DNA of 63,317 bases, counting the filler, from Octopus bimaculoides (taxonomy: Eukaryota), in assembly GCF_001194135.2 (NCBI RefSeq). It is 4 parts of 4 records of this genome, joined end to end, with 100 filler letters (N's around TTAATTAATTAA, not from the genome) between each part and the next. Parts side by side here need not be neighbours in the genome. Positions count along the whole stretch, not along the records: positions 44,604 to 61,075 come from NC_068986.1; positions 61,176 to 63,317 come from NW_026395896.1; 2 more parts are not named here. One strand, given 5' to 3'. Below are positions 50,891 through 63,317 of the stretch, piece by piece (the stretch's first letter is position 1; each line of letters opens with the position of its first letter). The position numbers and the translations under genes were made by a program. The notes under the pieces were generated by a model. The model did not search any database, was not told where the DNA came from, and saw nothing but the letters and a program-made list of their open reading frames with translations.

Positions 50891-53094
50891 TAATATCACC
50901 GTTAGCGTTGAGCCTAACGGACTTAATGGTATATTACCATTTCCAATTACCCTGTTTTTTCAGTAGCAGAAAATCTGGCCTTTGAGACAAATGGAACTCT
51001 ACAAAACTCCATAGCAATATAATAAGAAACTGATGAAACCAGTATTAACAACTTCTTAAAATACGTATATTATTCTAAAGTAAATCCCATGAAAAACACA
51101 GATTTAAGAAAAACACAGATCCAAGGAGTAATTTACAGAGAAAGATAACAAATCACAATATGTTACTCACTTGTGCATCCCAGTTAAATCATTTCCTGTT
51201 TGTTGGAGTACTAAAAAAAATAGAATATATAGGCTGGATAGATTATCTAATAACAAAAATCCCTATCAGTTACCCGTTGTTATTCGAAAAGAAATGAACT
51301 GTATACAGTTACAAGCTGAGATGAGCTTCTCTTCAGACATTTTACTTTCTGGTTTATATGTTTCGATACTAGAATTAAATCAATTGTATATTCAATTTTT
51401 CCATTGTCTCTGACAGTTGATGCATTTTCTACCGTCATAGCAAGACGATAGACTGGTACTATACGTTGTAGTGAAGAAGGTAACTCTTCGTTGTTGGTTC
51501 CTGATATTAAGACTAGGGGGGGGGAGAGAATTTCTTTCGTTACCCTCAGAGTTTCTTTCTAAGCGGAACTGGTGAATCCCTAAAGCAATTTTTGAGACCT
51601 TTTGCAGTATCTACTATCTCTGATGATTTTCGCTTGCTCTGACTCTGCATTTCCAACTCCTCAAGACAGACACACTTGAAGACTTATTATTACACATTTT
51701 ACTCTATGCAATCAGTTTTATTGTTTTATCTTCTGTCATTTTGTTGTGTCTGTCTACCTTAAATTTCTGTTTGTTAAATTTTCTCATATGCATTTTCATA
51801 TTTTCGAAAATTATTTCGCTTTTGTAAGCGTGACTAGAACTACTTCCTTTATTCTTAGCACAGTTTCTAGCTTCTCTAGTAGAACATATGCTGAATCGAA
51901 CGTAAACAAAAGATTGTAGGCCAATGAATTAATGTCTAAAATACAAACTTTTTGCCTACGATACATATAGGGATTTTGTCTATCCTAGGCATTTTAACAA
52001 AAGTTTCAAAGTACCCTAGTTGTGACATTATCCTGTAAAACTTGGTCCTAATCGGATTTTCTGTGAGCTTTCTGAACACATGTCGGTTTATGTCAAAATA
52101 AAACAACTGCAAAAACAATAACAGCAATGACGAAAACAAAAACAACAAATATCCATTGTCAATGTGTTACACGTTCCGTGTGACATTAAAGGTTAATTCA
52201 TTCCTTTTTGAAAAATATCAATGAACCTCTGCAAGATTATTTTTTTAATTTTCACACTTGTAATGAGGTATAATATAACTAATTAGATTAAAATATTTCA
52301 AACAGATTTGCACATGACACTTCGGGATTCATATTTCACTCGACGCTTATTTTTTATTTTTTTATTTTTTTGCTTTGTATTACTTTGTAATACTTCATTA
52401 ATCTTATCCACTTATTTTATTTACCTGATATGAGCCTCATTTCTTTCCACTTCTCTACGTTACACTGTATTCATTTTATTTTAATCTCTCTTGGATTTTC
52501 ATTTTTCTGTTAATCACTTTTCAACGCCTTGTTTCAGCACTTACATCACTCTCCTAATCCCTTGTACTATATTGTGCATATTTGTTGTGTTTCCCTCGGT
52601 GTTATTTTTCTATAATTTGGTTTCTTTCTCTCTCGATGTCTCCATCTATCTGGATGGTGTCGTGTATATATATACATATAGACACACGCAAAAACACACA
52701 CGCCCTTATCTCTCTCTCTCTCTCTGTATNNNNNNNNNNNNNNNNNNNNNNNNNNNNNNNNNNNNNNNNNNNNNNNNNNNNNNNNNNNNNNNNNNNNNNN
52801 NNNNNNNNNNNNNNNNNNNNNNNNNNNNNNNNNNNNNNNNNNNNNNNNNNNNNNNNNNNNNNNNNNNNNNNNNNNNNNNNNNNNNNNNNNNNNNNNNNNN
52901 NNNNNNNNNNNNNNNNNNNNNNNNNNNNNNNNNNNNNNNNNNNNNNNNNNNNNNNNNNNNNNNNNNNNNNNNNNNNNNNNNNNNNNNNNNNNNNNNNNNN
53001 NNNNNNNNNNNNNNNNNNNNNNNNNNNNNNNNNNNNNNNNNNNNNNNNNNNNNNNNNNNNNNNNNNNNNNNNNNNNNNNNNNNNNNNNNNNNNN

Positions 53095-53202
<108 letters not shown>

Positions 53203-53699
53203 TGTGTGTGTGTGTATGTGTGCACATAAATACATATATCTATATATACTTATATACATGTTTGTATGTATGAATGTATGTGCAGTGTTTAGATGTGTAT
53301 AGTTTTATAAAAAGACTATTGTTGACTCATTTCATATTGAACTTATTGTATAATGTAACTATAATGACATTTTCGAATGTTGATATAAAATGTAGGAACA
53401 AAGTGTTTTATTGTGATTTTGCTCTAGCACACCAACATTGAAGCAAACAGGGACAAAATGACACACATGCATGTACGCGTGTATGTATGTATGTATAAAT
53501 ACATACACACACATACACATACACAATTGTGTGTGTATGTGTGGTAATTAAAAGCCCGGTAATCAGTGATTATTATCTTGTGGACATTGATATTTCACAC
53601 GTCCGTATACACACTAACATAGAAAAGACATTTTGCTGCGTTCTCCCTATAAGACCTGTGCAATTTATTTTCGTCAGCTTGGATTCCATATGAACCATG

Positions 53700-54190
53700 G
53701 GGGAATGAAAGGCAGCTTTTACTAGGCAGAATTGGACTCTGCATAAAACACAAACTGCCAAGCATTTTACAACGCTTTAACGATTCTCCCAGTTAAATAA
53801 TTTTTTTAAATTTTGGCAGTTTCAGAGAGAATAGTTAGTAGATAGCATAGATCTTAATACTTGACTGGTAATTATTTTATCCATCTCGAAAGAATAAAAG
53901 TCAAAGTTGACCTCGGTGGTATTTGATCTCAGAACATAAAACATATACCGCAAAGCATTTCTCAACGTTCTAACGAGTCACCCTGGTTAATAATAATAGT
54001 TGTTTTAAATCTATACACAAGGCTAGCAATTTTGAGTAGACTACGCCGAGCGGTACCATCGTCTGAATTATTTGATTAATTCTCTGTTTATCAATTGTAG
54101 AAGGGTGAAAGTCAAAGTTAAAGTCGAATGGATTTGATCATAGAAAGAGCCGAACATATACCATATTTTTTGTCCGACGGTCTTGCGATT
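53700..54190 (-). mobile_element. Cluster of degenerate SINE family B copies
   Basis: aaagtcaaagttgacctcgg..tttgatctcagaac motif, three times. Confidence 0.6.
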
Positions 54191-54215
54191 AATACTCAAC
54201 TCTGATTACTTGTAG

Positions 54216-54251
54216 CTGCAGGGTAACGACAGAGCCATCCTGCTACAAAAG
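54216..54251 (+). CDS. Candidate exon (LQGNDRAILLQK or CRVTTEPSCYK)
   Basis: tgattacttgtag| ... AAG|gtataa, then a 91-nt intron-like segment to the next acceptor. Confidence 0.3.
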
Positions 54252-54342
54252 GTATAATACATACCGGACGAATACCTCCATCATTGTTTTTAATCTTATT
54301 AACATTGTTATCTTATAGCTCATTGTCCTGATTTTTCAACAG

Positions 54343-54367
54343 AAAATTGAAGGTTACCCAACCATCG
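54343..54367 (+). CDS. Candidate exon (KIEGYPTI or KLKVTQPS)
   Basis: tcctgatttttcaacag| ... TCG|gtattt. Confidence 0.25.
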
Positions 54368-55176
54368 GTATTTTATTTTATTCATTTTATAATTTATTCT
54401 TTAAATTATTTATTTACTTATTTAGAAACCATATTTCGGAGGAACAGAGGTCTTCCCACGCAATTGACTTAACTCCATCAGTTGCCAACCCGTTATTCCT
54501 TGATCTCGGTGTTTAATTTGGTTGTTACATAAATAAATGACAAGTCGTGGCTAACAAAAGTCAAACAATGTAGCATTTTATAAACTGAAATTTCCATTGA
54601 AAACACGATTTAAAGAAGGAAAATTTTTGAGAAGACAGAAAAATGAATGAATTAACTGATGCATGGTTAATTTATATATTTCATATCTAGTGGATCAGAA
54701 AAGCAAGCACTTCTTGAATGGATGTGAAGATCAAACATTAAAGTCGATAATAAAGCGTTGTGTGCAGCACAACAGTAATGCCTAAGAACTAATTATGCGA
54801 AAGACATTATCAAGGAAACCTTAGAGTCATCATTATGTAAAATCTGTGGATTGAGATGGGGAATAGTCAGTCATATTGTAGAAGAAGTTCAAAAGCAATA
54901 ATGATACAGAAAGAGACTTGCTGATATTCCCTCGACTGTACTAGAAACACAAGCTGAACAGCTCAAGAAAATGGTGGGTTACGAGTATTTTGGTGTTTAC
55001 GATTAAGCCACATGTTCAACACCAAGATGAAAGTAATTATTTCTTCTGAATATACCAGAGAGTGTACATCTATGTAGACCAATGCATAATGGAGAAACCT
55101 GGTTGGATGTCGATTGGACAAAGGAAAAACTGGTCAGCATGGACAGAAAAACTAGAAAGTTAATGATTATACCCAC

Positions 55177-55548
<372 letters not shown>

Positions 55549-57769
55549 TTACGGAAAAGATCATCAACTGGAAAGAGAAAATCCGAAACAGAGTTTTCTT
55601 GTAAGCATCGGAAGAACCTGATGAAGAATCCTGGAGATGGTTAAGACATGGATTTTTAAAGAAAGAAACTAAAGAACTGATTCATGCTACTAAAGAACAA
55701 GCTTTACGAAACAAACTCAATCAAGTGTGACTAATAAGGTAGCAGTGTCACATTTGTGTAGATTATGTGTAAACTTCATCTGATACAGTTGGACATATAA
55801 CTGGTAGATGCTCAAAACTGGTCCAGAAGGAGTACTAAAATGCCATGACAAAGTGGCAGTGCAGAAACACTGGGCGCTGTGCAGGAAGTATGGGCTACAA
55901 TGTTCCAACAAGTACCATCGCAGATAATAATTAGGTGGAACTCACATGGAATATACCCATCTACTCAGATGCGAAGCTGTCACATAACCTAGCAGATATT
56001 ACTCGCCTACAGAAGGAATCTAAAGAATGGACCTTCATCAACGTAGCTATACCTACAGACCAGACTACTGTGAAGACAGAGAAAGAGAAATTCGAAAAGT
56101 ACCATTGGAAGTGAAACGCATCTATAGAGCCTTAAAAGTGAGTGTGTTACTTATTGTGATCGGTGCACTTGGGACCATCTCAAAGGAAGCAATATCCTGG
56201 CATGAAAAACTGCAATTGCCAAATTTTATAGAAACCATTCAATTAGCAGCGATTCTTGGAAACGCTCATGTGTTGAGAACAATGTTGCGTCTCTAAGCTA
56301 CGGGAAGAAAGGTGTCATAGAAAACTGAGGAGGAGAAAGGTAAACAGAAAGAATATGAAATGATAATAAATGAAATGATAATAACTATGCTGCTGCTGAT
56401 GATGATGATGATGATGATGATGATAATGAATACAAGCTTACACATTTTGCGTGATGATTGAAATTGATTGAATTAACACTGTGACAGCATAGTACTTGAT
56501 TTATCAACTCCAAAATGGGGCGAAGAAAGTTTTCGTTGAAGGAATTTTAACGGAGAATAATACGTTACACATTCTACAACATAAATGGAACGATTTATGT
56601 TCTAGAAGGAAATATTACGCTCAATATGCCATATGAAGCAACTTAATGGTTTGCTGACAGAAATGTAACAGGTTACCGGAATGATTACAGCTTGTAAGTA
56701 ATGAACCTGGCTTATGCGGAGGCAACTTCACGCAAATTACGTTTTCCTATGCGAATGTCATTTCTAATACTGTTTGGCATGAGTATGACGTAAACAACAT
56801 TTCGTTAATATTTTCAGCAGAGCGTATAGAATCGAATTGTGTACTGTGTACATATATACATACAAATATATATATATATATATATATANNNNNNNNNNNN
56901 NNNNNNNNNNNNNNNNNNNNNNNNNNNNNNNNNNNNNNNNNNNNNNNNNNNNNNNNNNNNNNNNNNNNNNNNNNNNNNNNNNNNNNNNNNNNNNNNNNNN
57001 NNNNNNNNNNNNNNNNNNNNNNNNNNNNNNNNNNNNNNNNNNNNNNNNNNNNNNNNNNNNNNNNNNNNNNNNNNNNNNNNNNNNNNNNNNNNNNNNNNNN
57101 NNNNNNNNNNNNNNNNNNNNNNNNNNNNNNNNNNNNNNNNNNNNNNNNNNNNNNNNNNNNNNNNNNNNNNNNNNNNNNNNNNNNNNNNNNNNNNNNNNNN
57201 NNNNNNNNNNNNNNNNNNNNNNNNNNNNNNNNNNNNNNNNNNNNNNNNNNNNNNNNNNNNNNNNNNNNNNNNNNNNNNNNNNNNNNNNNNNNNNNNNNNN
57301 NNNNNNNNNNNNNNNNNNNNNNNNNNNNNNNNNNNNNNNNNNNNNNNNNNNNNNNNNNNNNNNNNNNNNNNNNNNNNNNNNNNNNNNNNNNNNNNNNNNN
57401 NNNNNNNNNNNNGTGTATATATTGTTATAACAGAATCTATATTAATCTGCCGGATTAAGACTGACTTGGTACTAACTGGAAATACCTCGGTTAAAACACG
57501 GACTTAATGCTATGGATGTACAAAATTAAACCACATCCTGAGCAGCAAAGGATCTGGTAGGTGAGATTAAGATAGCTAAAATAGTAGAGACATAAGCTTA
57601 TATGGCACTAGATGTATTTAAGAATTATATAAAGTAAAATAACAAAACAACGAATGAAATTATGAAAGATTTTATTACACGACTTGCCAGCAAAGAAGTG
57701 CAGTGCAAACGTACTGGGCTAATAACCTAGAGGTCAGTTAAACGTATTTTTTTAAGGCTGTGCGCTATT

Positions 57770-57915
57770 AGAATTGTTAACACTCCGAGCAAAATGCTTA
57801 GCAACATTTCTTCTGGTGCATTATGTTCTGAGGACGTTTCATCCTTTCCCAGTCGAACACTGACATCGATATAATCGAATTTCTCCATCCATGAAAATTA
57901 CTAGTCTTGTGCCAA
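57770..57915 (+). mobile_element. Internally deleted SINE family B
   Basis: Head gagcaaaatgcttagc and tail atcgatataatcg..cttgtgccaaaat. Confidence 0.55.
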
Positions 57916-58301
57916 AATGAGAAATTAATTATATAATGTGGATATATTTTACTTATTTGAAACGGTATGATGTGATTTTTAATGAGGATTTAGATTTTAT
58001 TTCTAGCAGGTCGAACGTTCACATAGAGGCTCTTTGGACCGCTTTCTGAGGGAAGTGAATTGATATTTATCCAGCAGATATGGCCATATTGAAGACTAAA
58101 ATAATGATTCTTGTAACGGAAAACAGTCCCTGAGAATAAACTCTATCAAATTCAACAGATACGTCTGCCTTCGTTCCTCGCTTAGTCCTAGGAACGCCAT
58201 GATCACACAGGCATACAATGGATGGCATCCCAGTCACGGCTATTACTTTTTTTGAATATCGGAGTACAGATTACATAATGTATACTTCCTAAAAATGATA
58301 A

Positions 58302-58600
<299 letters not shown>

Positions 58601-58821
58601 ATGTAACGAGATAAAATCTCCCTCTTCAAAGAGCCATTAGATGGTTTCAGCAATTGTTATGAATAATCAATGAAGTCTTGTTGCTCGTTAAACATGAGCT
58701 GCGTTTAAATTAACCCAATTAAATATGAATCAGAATTGATAAAAGCGATAGAATATGGAGCATAATGAATTACTATCGTTAATTCGTTGGCTCGTTCTCT
58801 ATCACGTTATCCCACATTGGC

Positions 58822-58873
<52 letters not shown>

Positions 58874-59474
58874 TCTCTCTCTCTCTCTTTCTTTCTCTCT
58901 CTCTATCTCTCTCTTTCTCTCTCTTTCTGTTTAGTGCTATGGCTCTTGACACGGAATGTATGCATGCATTCTTACATATATGATTTTATATAACAAGGTA
59001 TAACTCAGCTGAAAAATAATAATATCCAGTGCGTGTCGAGGGTAATTAATAAATAAGCAGGAATAGTGTTACGAATATTTTAGGAACATTTCCAAGCAAT
59101 AAAATTCAAAGGTCCATCATGTTATATTCATAATGTGAGTTATAGCATTTATTACATAATTTTATGAACAAGGTATTATCCATTTGTAAAACAAAATATT
59201 GTACAGTGCATGTCGTGGGCTATTAATAAGTAAAAAGAAATAGTGTGACAAATAGTTTAACGGCACTTCTACGAAATGAAATTCAAAGGTCTGTGTTACG
59301 TTCATAATATTCCATACTATTTATTTATCATCGGATAAGTTATGGCATAAAATGTACGTTAACAGTCAAAAGTACAATAACAAAAACAAACAGATATTAA
59401 AAAATGACATACATGCATGTTATTTTTTGATAACTGTGTGTAGAAGAATACACATCATTAACCAATTTTGTGGC

Positions 59475-59875
59475 TGATCAAACACAAATGACTGAAATGG
59501 AGCTTCTCCGACAGATCTCTGGATTAACGTTTCTTGATAGGTTGCGTAGCACGAAGATCATAGAGTCTCTCCAGGTAGAGCCGCTACTTCGCATTGAGAG
59601 ATCACAGCTTCGGTACTAAGGACATGTGATTAGAATGTCACTGGAAAGAATCGCAGGGCGTATCCTTCTTCTAGCCGAGCCAACCTGTGTGAGGCATAAC
59701 CGTACACCAAAACCAAAATGGTTGGATAATGTCCATAGTGTCAATGGTTCACGCTTGGGAATCCATCCAGAAAGTCTGACGTCAAATCCTTCTGACAGGA
59801 TCTTATAGCGGAGGTACCTGACGACTCTCCCCTCCGACCATCCCAGAAATAGCAGGCGAAATCGATAGGCGGATG
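59475..59875 (+). mobile_element. RTE-clade LINE 3' end
   Basis: EMELLRQISGLTFLDRLRS..EPLLRIERSQLRY*GHVIRM..PKPKWLD..RLGI. Confidence 0.82.
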
Positions 59876-60169
59876 GATAGATAAATCGATACCTCAAATA
59901 ATGTAGACAACAAAAGTTATGTTTCTATAAAAGTTATATGTTACTTAATAGAAGTATAAAGCCGTGATCCGAAAAACGTGAATTTGCATCAGTTCACAAA
60001 TAAAAGAAAATAAACACGTGAGACCGGGGAAACTTATGGCGTCTCTGTCGTAAAACTTTCTGTCGCAAAATAACGAAATATGGATAATTTTGTAATACGA
60101 TAAAGAAACGAAAGTTCGAACCGATAACTATTAACATTATCCCACATCACTAGATTTTGAAAAATTTGT

Positions 60170-60400
60170 AAACATTAACCCTGCGCGCGTAAGCGAAAGC
60201 ATTTTATCATAGTCGCTCGTCTGTGTGTCTTTGTGTTTGTAAAATTACTGGCAAACAGCTGAACGAATTTTTACCAACTTTGGCAGGAATAGCCTTTGTG
60301 CGAGTGGTTCGAACTTATTAAACTGTGGTACTATCATCTTCAAAACTGGCAGATAGGTGAATCAAAATGGTTTTATTTTCTTTGTTACATATGCATAAAC
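60170..60400 (+). mobile_element. Possible Helentron/DINE-1-like non-autonomous element
   Basis: taaccctgcgcgcgtaagcg..gtctgtgtgtc..gaacgaatttttaccaactttggc layout resembles DINE-1-type elements; termini not resolved. Confidence 0.3.
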
Positions 60401-61044
60401 GATCAGCAGGGGATATAACTCTTGATGTCATTTGATTGAAATAAGAATCCGTCTGAAAATATATTTATTAGATTAAATTTCATTTTATCCTTGTGTGCGC
60501 TCAGAGCAAGCATTGAACCTCCGGTGCCTTTTTGTTTTCATTCAATATAGATTTAAAAGCAAAATGGTGCTAATTACCAACTGTGTTCGATTTTGAAGAC
60601 TGTAACAAAAATTCCGCTTCTTTACAATTACAGAAAATGCTACGTTCACTCTCATAGAGTGTTCGAGGATATGGGATCGAAACTGAATTTCAGATAACTC
60701 TCTAAGAGGTTCAGGACTAACATAATTAGAAAGCATGTGATAATTTCAAACTCGTTTATGTGCAGTACCTGTCTGTCTCGTTCGTGCCTGCACGAGTCAA
60801 TAAAATTGGTGATTAGATGCAATATTCAAATTTTACATCAGCTCTCATGCTGAGTGTCATAGCAACTTATTATGAAGTTAGATTATGAGGTGATGGCAGC
60901 ATTTTCAATCATATACACACAAGCACTCAAGAAAACACACCTAGTCATAAACCTTCAGTTTATCCATATATCTCTATGTTTGTGTGTAGATGTACAGACA
61001 CGACCATACATGCATATATAATTATGTATTTATGTACAAGCGTG

Positions 61045-61075
<31 letters not shown>

Positions 61076-61175
61076 NNNNNNNNNNNNNNNNNNNNNNNNN
61101 NNNNNNNNNNNNNNNNNNNTTAATTAATTAANNNNNNNNNNNNNNNNNNNNNNNNNNNNNNNNNNNNNNNNNNNN

Positions 61176-61214
<39 letters not shown>

Positions 61215-61770
61215 ATTTGTTTGTCTGTGTCTGTTACCCACCATCGCTTCAAAACCGATGTTGTTGTGTTTACGTCCCCGTAACATTAGCGGTTCAGCAA
61301 AAATCAGACAGAATTTTGGTATTGTATATTTACCATTAGTGAAATGACTAAAACAAAGAAAAGAATGAAAGTATAAAAGAATACATATATATGTAAGTAT
61401 ATACACATATATATATATGAATGCATACCTGTTTGTATGTATATACAAACACACTGAGAGACACATATATCTGTGTGTGTGGGTGTATTTATTTCTATAT
61501 GCATACCTATATGTAGGGGTGCAATCGATAGTTCATGGTTTTAATTCCTAGACGGGTAGTGCGTTATGTTCTTGAGAAAAATACTTCATCTCACACTGCT
61601 CTGCGATCACTGCAACACCTGACGCATAGTACACAGTGCACTTGTTCGGGCGATGTTGATTTGATGAAGAGAGTGAACTAGTTAATGTAAGGTACGAAAA
61701 TTTGATCACTATAAGCAAATAATTTGTGCAGGTCGTTCGGCAAAAAGATGGACGTAAATACGTCGTCGTC
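61215..61770 (+). mobile_element. SINE family C 3' half (61215-61375) and a further tRNA-type SINE (61513-61770)
   Basis: tttacgtccccgtaacattagcgg; second element ends gatggacgtaaatacgtcgtcgtcg. Confidence 0.5.
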
Positions 61771-61805
61771 GACGGGAGAATCTATGAAATGTGTGCGTGT
61801 GTGTG

Positions 61806-61849
<44 letters not shown>

Positions 61850-62555
61850 ACACACACACATAAATATGTATATATATATNNNNNNNNNNNNNNNNNNNNN
61901 NNNNNNNNNNNNNNNNNNNNNNNNNNNNNNNNNNNNNNNNNNNNNNNNNNNNNNNNNNNNNNNNNNNNNNNNNNNNNNNNNNNNNNNNNNNNNNNNNNNN
62001 NNNNNNNNNNNNNNNNNNNNNNNNNNNNNNNNNNNNNNNNNNNNNNNNNNNNNNNNNNNNNNNNNNNNNNNNNNNNNNNNNNNNNNNNNNNNNNNNNNNN
62101 NNNNNNNNNNNNNNNNNNNNNNNNNNNNNNNNNNNNNNNNNNNNNNNNNNNNNNNNNNNNNNNNNNNNNNNNNNNNNNNNNNNNNNNNNNNNNNNNNNNN
62201 NNNNNNNNNNNNNNNNNNNNNNNNNNNNNNNNNNNNNNNNNNNNNNNNNNNNNNNNNNNNNNNNNNNNNNNNNNNNNNNNNNNNNNNNNNNNNNNNNNNN
62301 NNNNNNNNNNNNNNNNNNNNNNNNNNNNNNNNNNNNNNNNNNNNNNNNNNNNNNNNNNNNNNNNNNNNNNNNNNNNNNNNNNNNNNNNNNNNNNNNNNNN
62401 NNNNNNNNNNNNNNNNNNNNNNNNNNNNNNNNNNNNNNNNNNNNNNNNNNNNNNNNNNNNNNNNNNNNNNNNNNNNNNNNNNNNNNNNNNNNNNNNNNNN
62501 NNNNNNNNNNNNNNNNNNNNNNNNNNNNNNNNNNNNNNNNNNNNNNNNNNNNNNN

Positions 62556-62603
<48 letters not shown>

Positions 62604-62684
62604 CATACATAAATACATATATACATATATATGTATATATACCAATACACAAGTACATAGGTGCATAGAGAGATAGATATATAA

Positions 62685-62731
<47 letters not shown>

Positions 62732-63317
62732 CATAGACGCGCGTGTGTATGTGTGTATGTATGTACGTACTATAGAAAACAAAGGTAATCAAAGTCCTTG
62801 AATATATTGGGCACTAGGTACTCTAACTGCGGAATTTTCAATTACAAGATACAAATACAAATCATAGACATTATTTCTTATAAGCCGCATTAATGTGGAT
62901 TCAAATAATTAAATCACACTCAGAGAAACACATACATACCAGACACGCATATTCATATACATACTCACATACGCACAAACACACACTCGCAAAAACAGAC
63001 CCACACAAATAGATGTAAATATGTGTGTGTATGTGTTTGAGTGTGTGAATGTGTGCCTGTGTGTATATATACACATATATAACCATTTCGACGTCCATCG
63101 CGATATGCGACTTCGAAAGTATTATATAGCAATTGCATATACCATTGAACTTTTCTAAATAAATGCTATTTATTTATGAGTATTATGCACACAGATAATC
63201 ACCCATATGTGCACGCAGGCACACTCTGTCTATGTATATATATGTGGATATATATGCCTCTCTATATATATATGTGTGCATATATATATATATACATATA
63301 TATGTATACATATATAT

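Noticed and set aside
53678-53790. Exon-like frame WIPYEPWGNERQLLLG
   Set aside because: It is a degenerate antisense SINE-B and has no GT donor.

Overview
AT-rich, gap-ridden eukaryotic scaffold dense in microsatellites. The SINE families resemble those I recall from octopus genomes, so a cephalopod source is likely (inference, not verified). Almost every ORF in the supplied track is an artefact of N-gaps or simple repeats. The recognisable content is transposable elements. SINEs: several tRNA-derived families. LINEs: remnants of L1/Tx1, R4/Dong-like, RTE, RTE-X and Penelope-like elements. DNA transposons: three mariner relics, a pogo-like relic, a Helitron helicase, a SAP+SWIM internally deleted element, MITEs and three long foldbacks. 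A CpG-depleted domain (~25.5-42.7 kb) contains short minus-strand segments with canonical splice sites that chain in frame into an unidentified protein, including a putative 8-nt microexon. A few plus-strand exon candidates lie at 47-54 kb. The most notable item is a tRNA-headed SINE-like element whose 3' half folds into a minimal type-I hammerhead ribozyme of the Penelope/retrozyme kind. It occurs as a full copy at 55177-55548 and as an inverted composite at 32826-33572. No host gene could be named; no rRNA, true tRNA gene or CRISPR array is supported.
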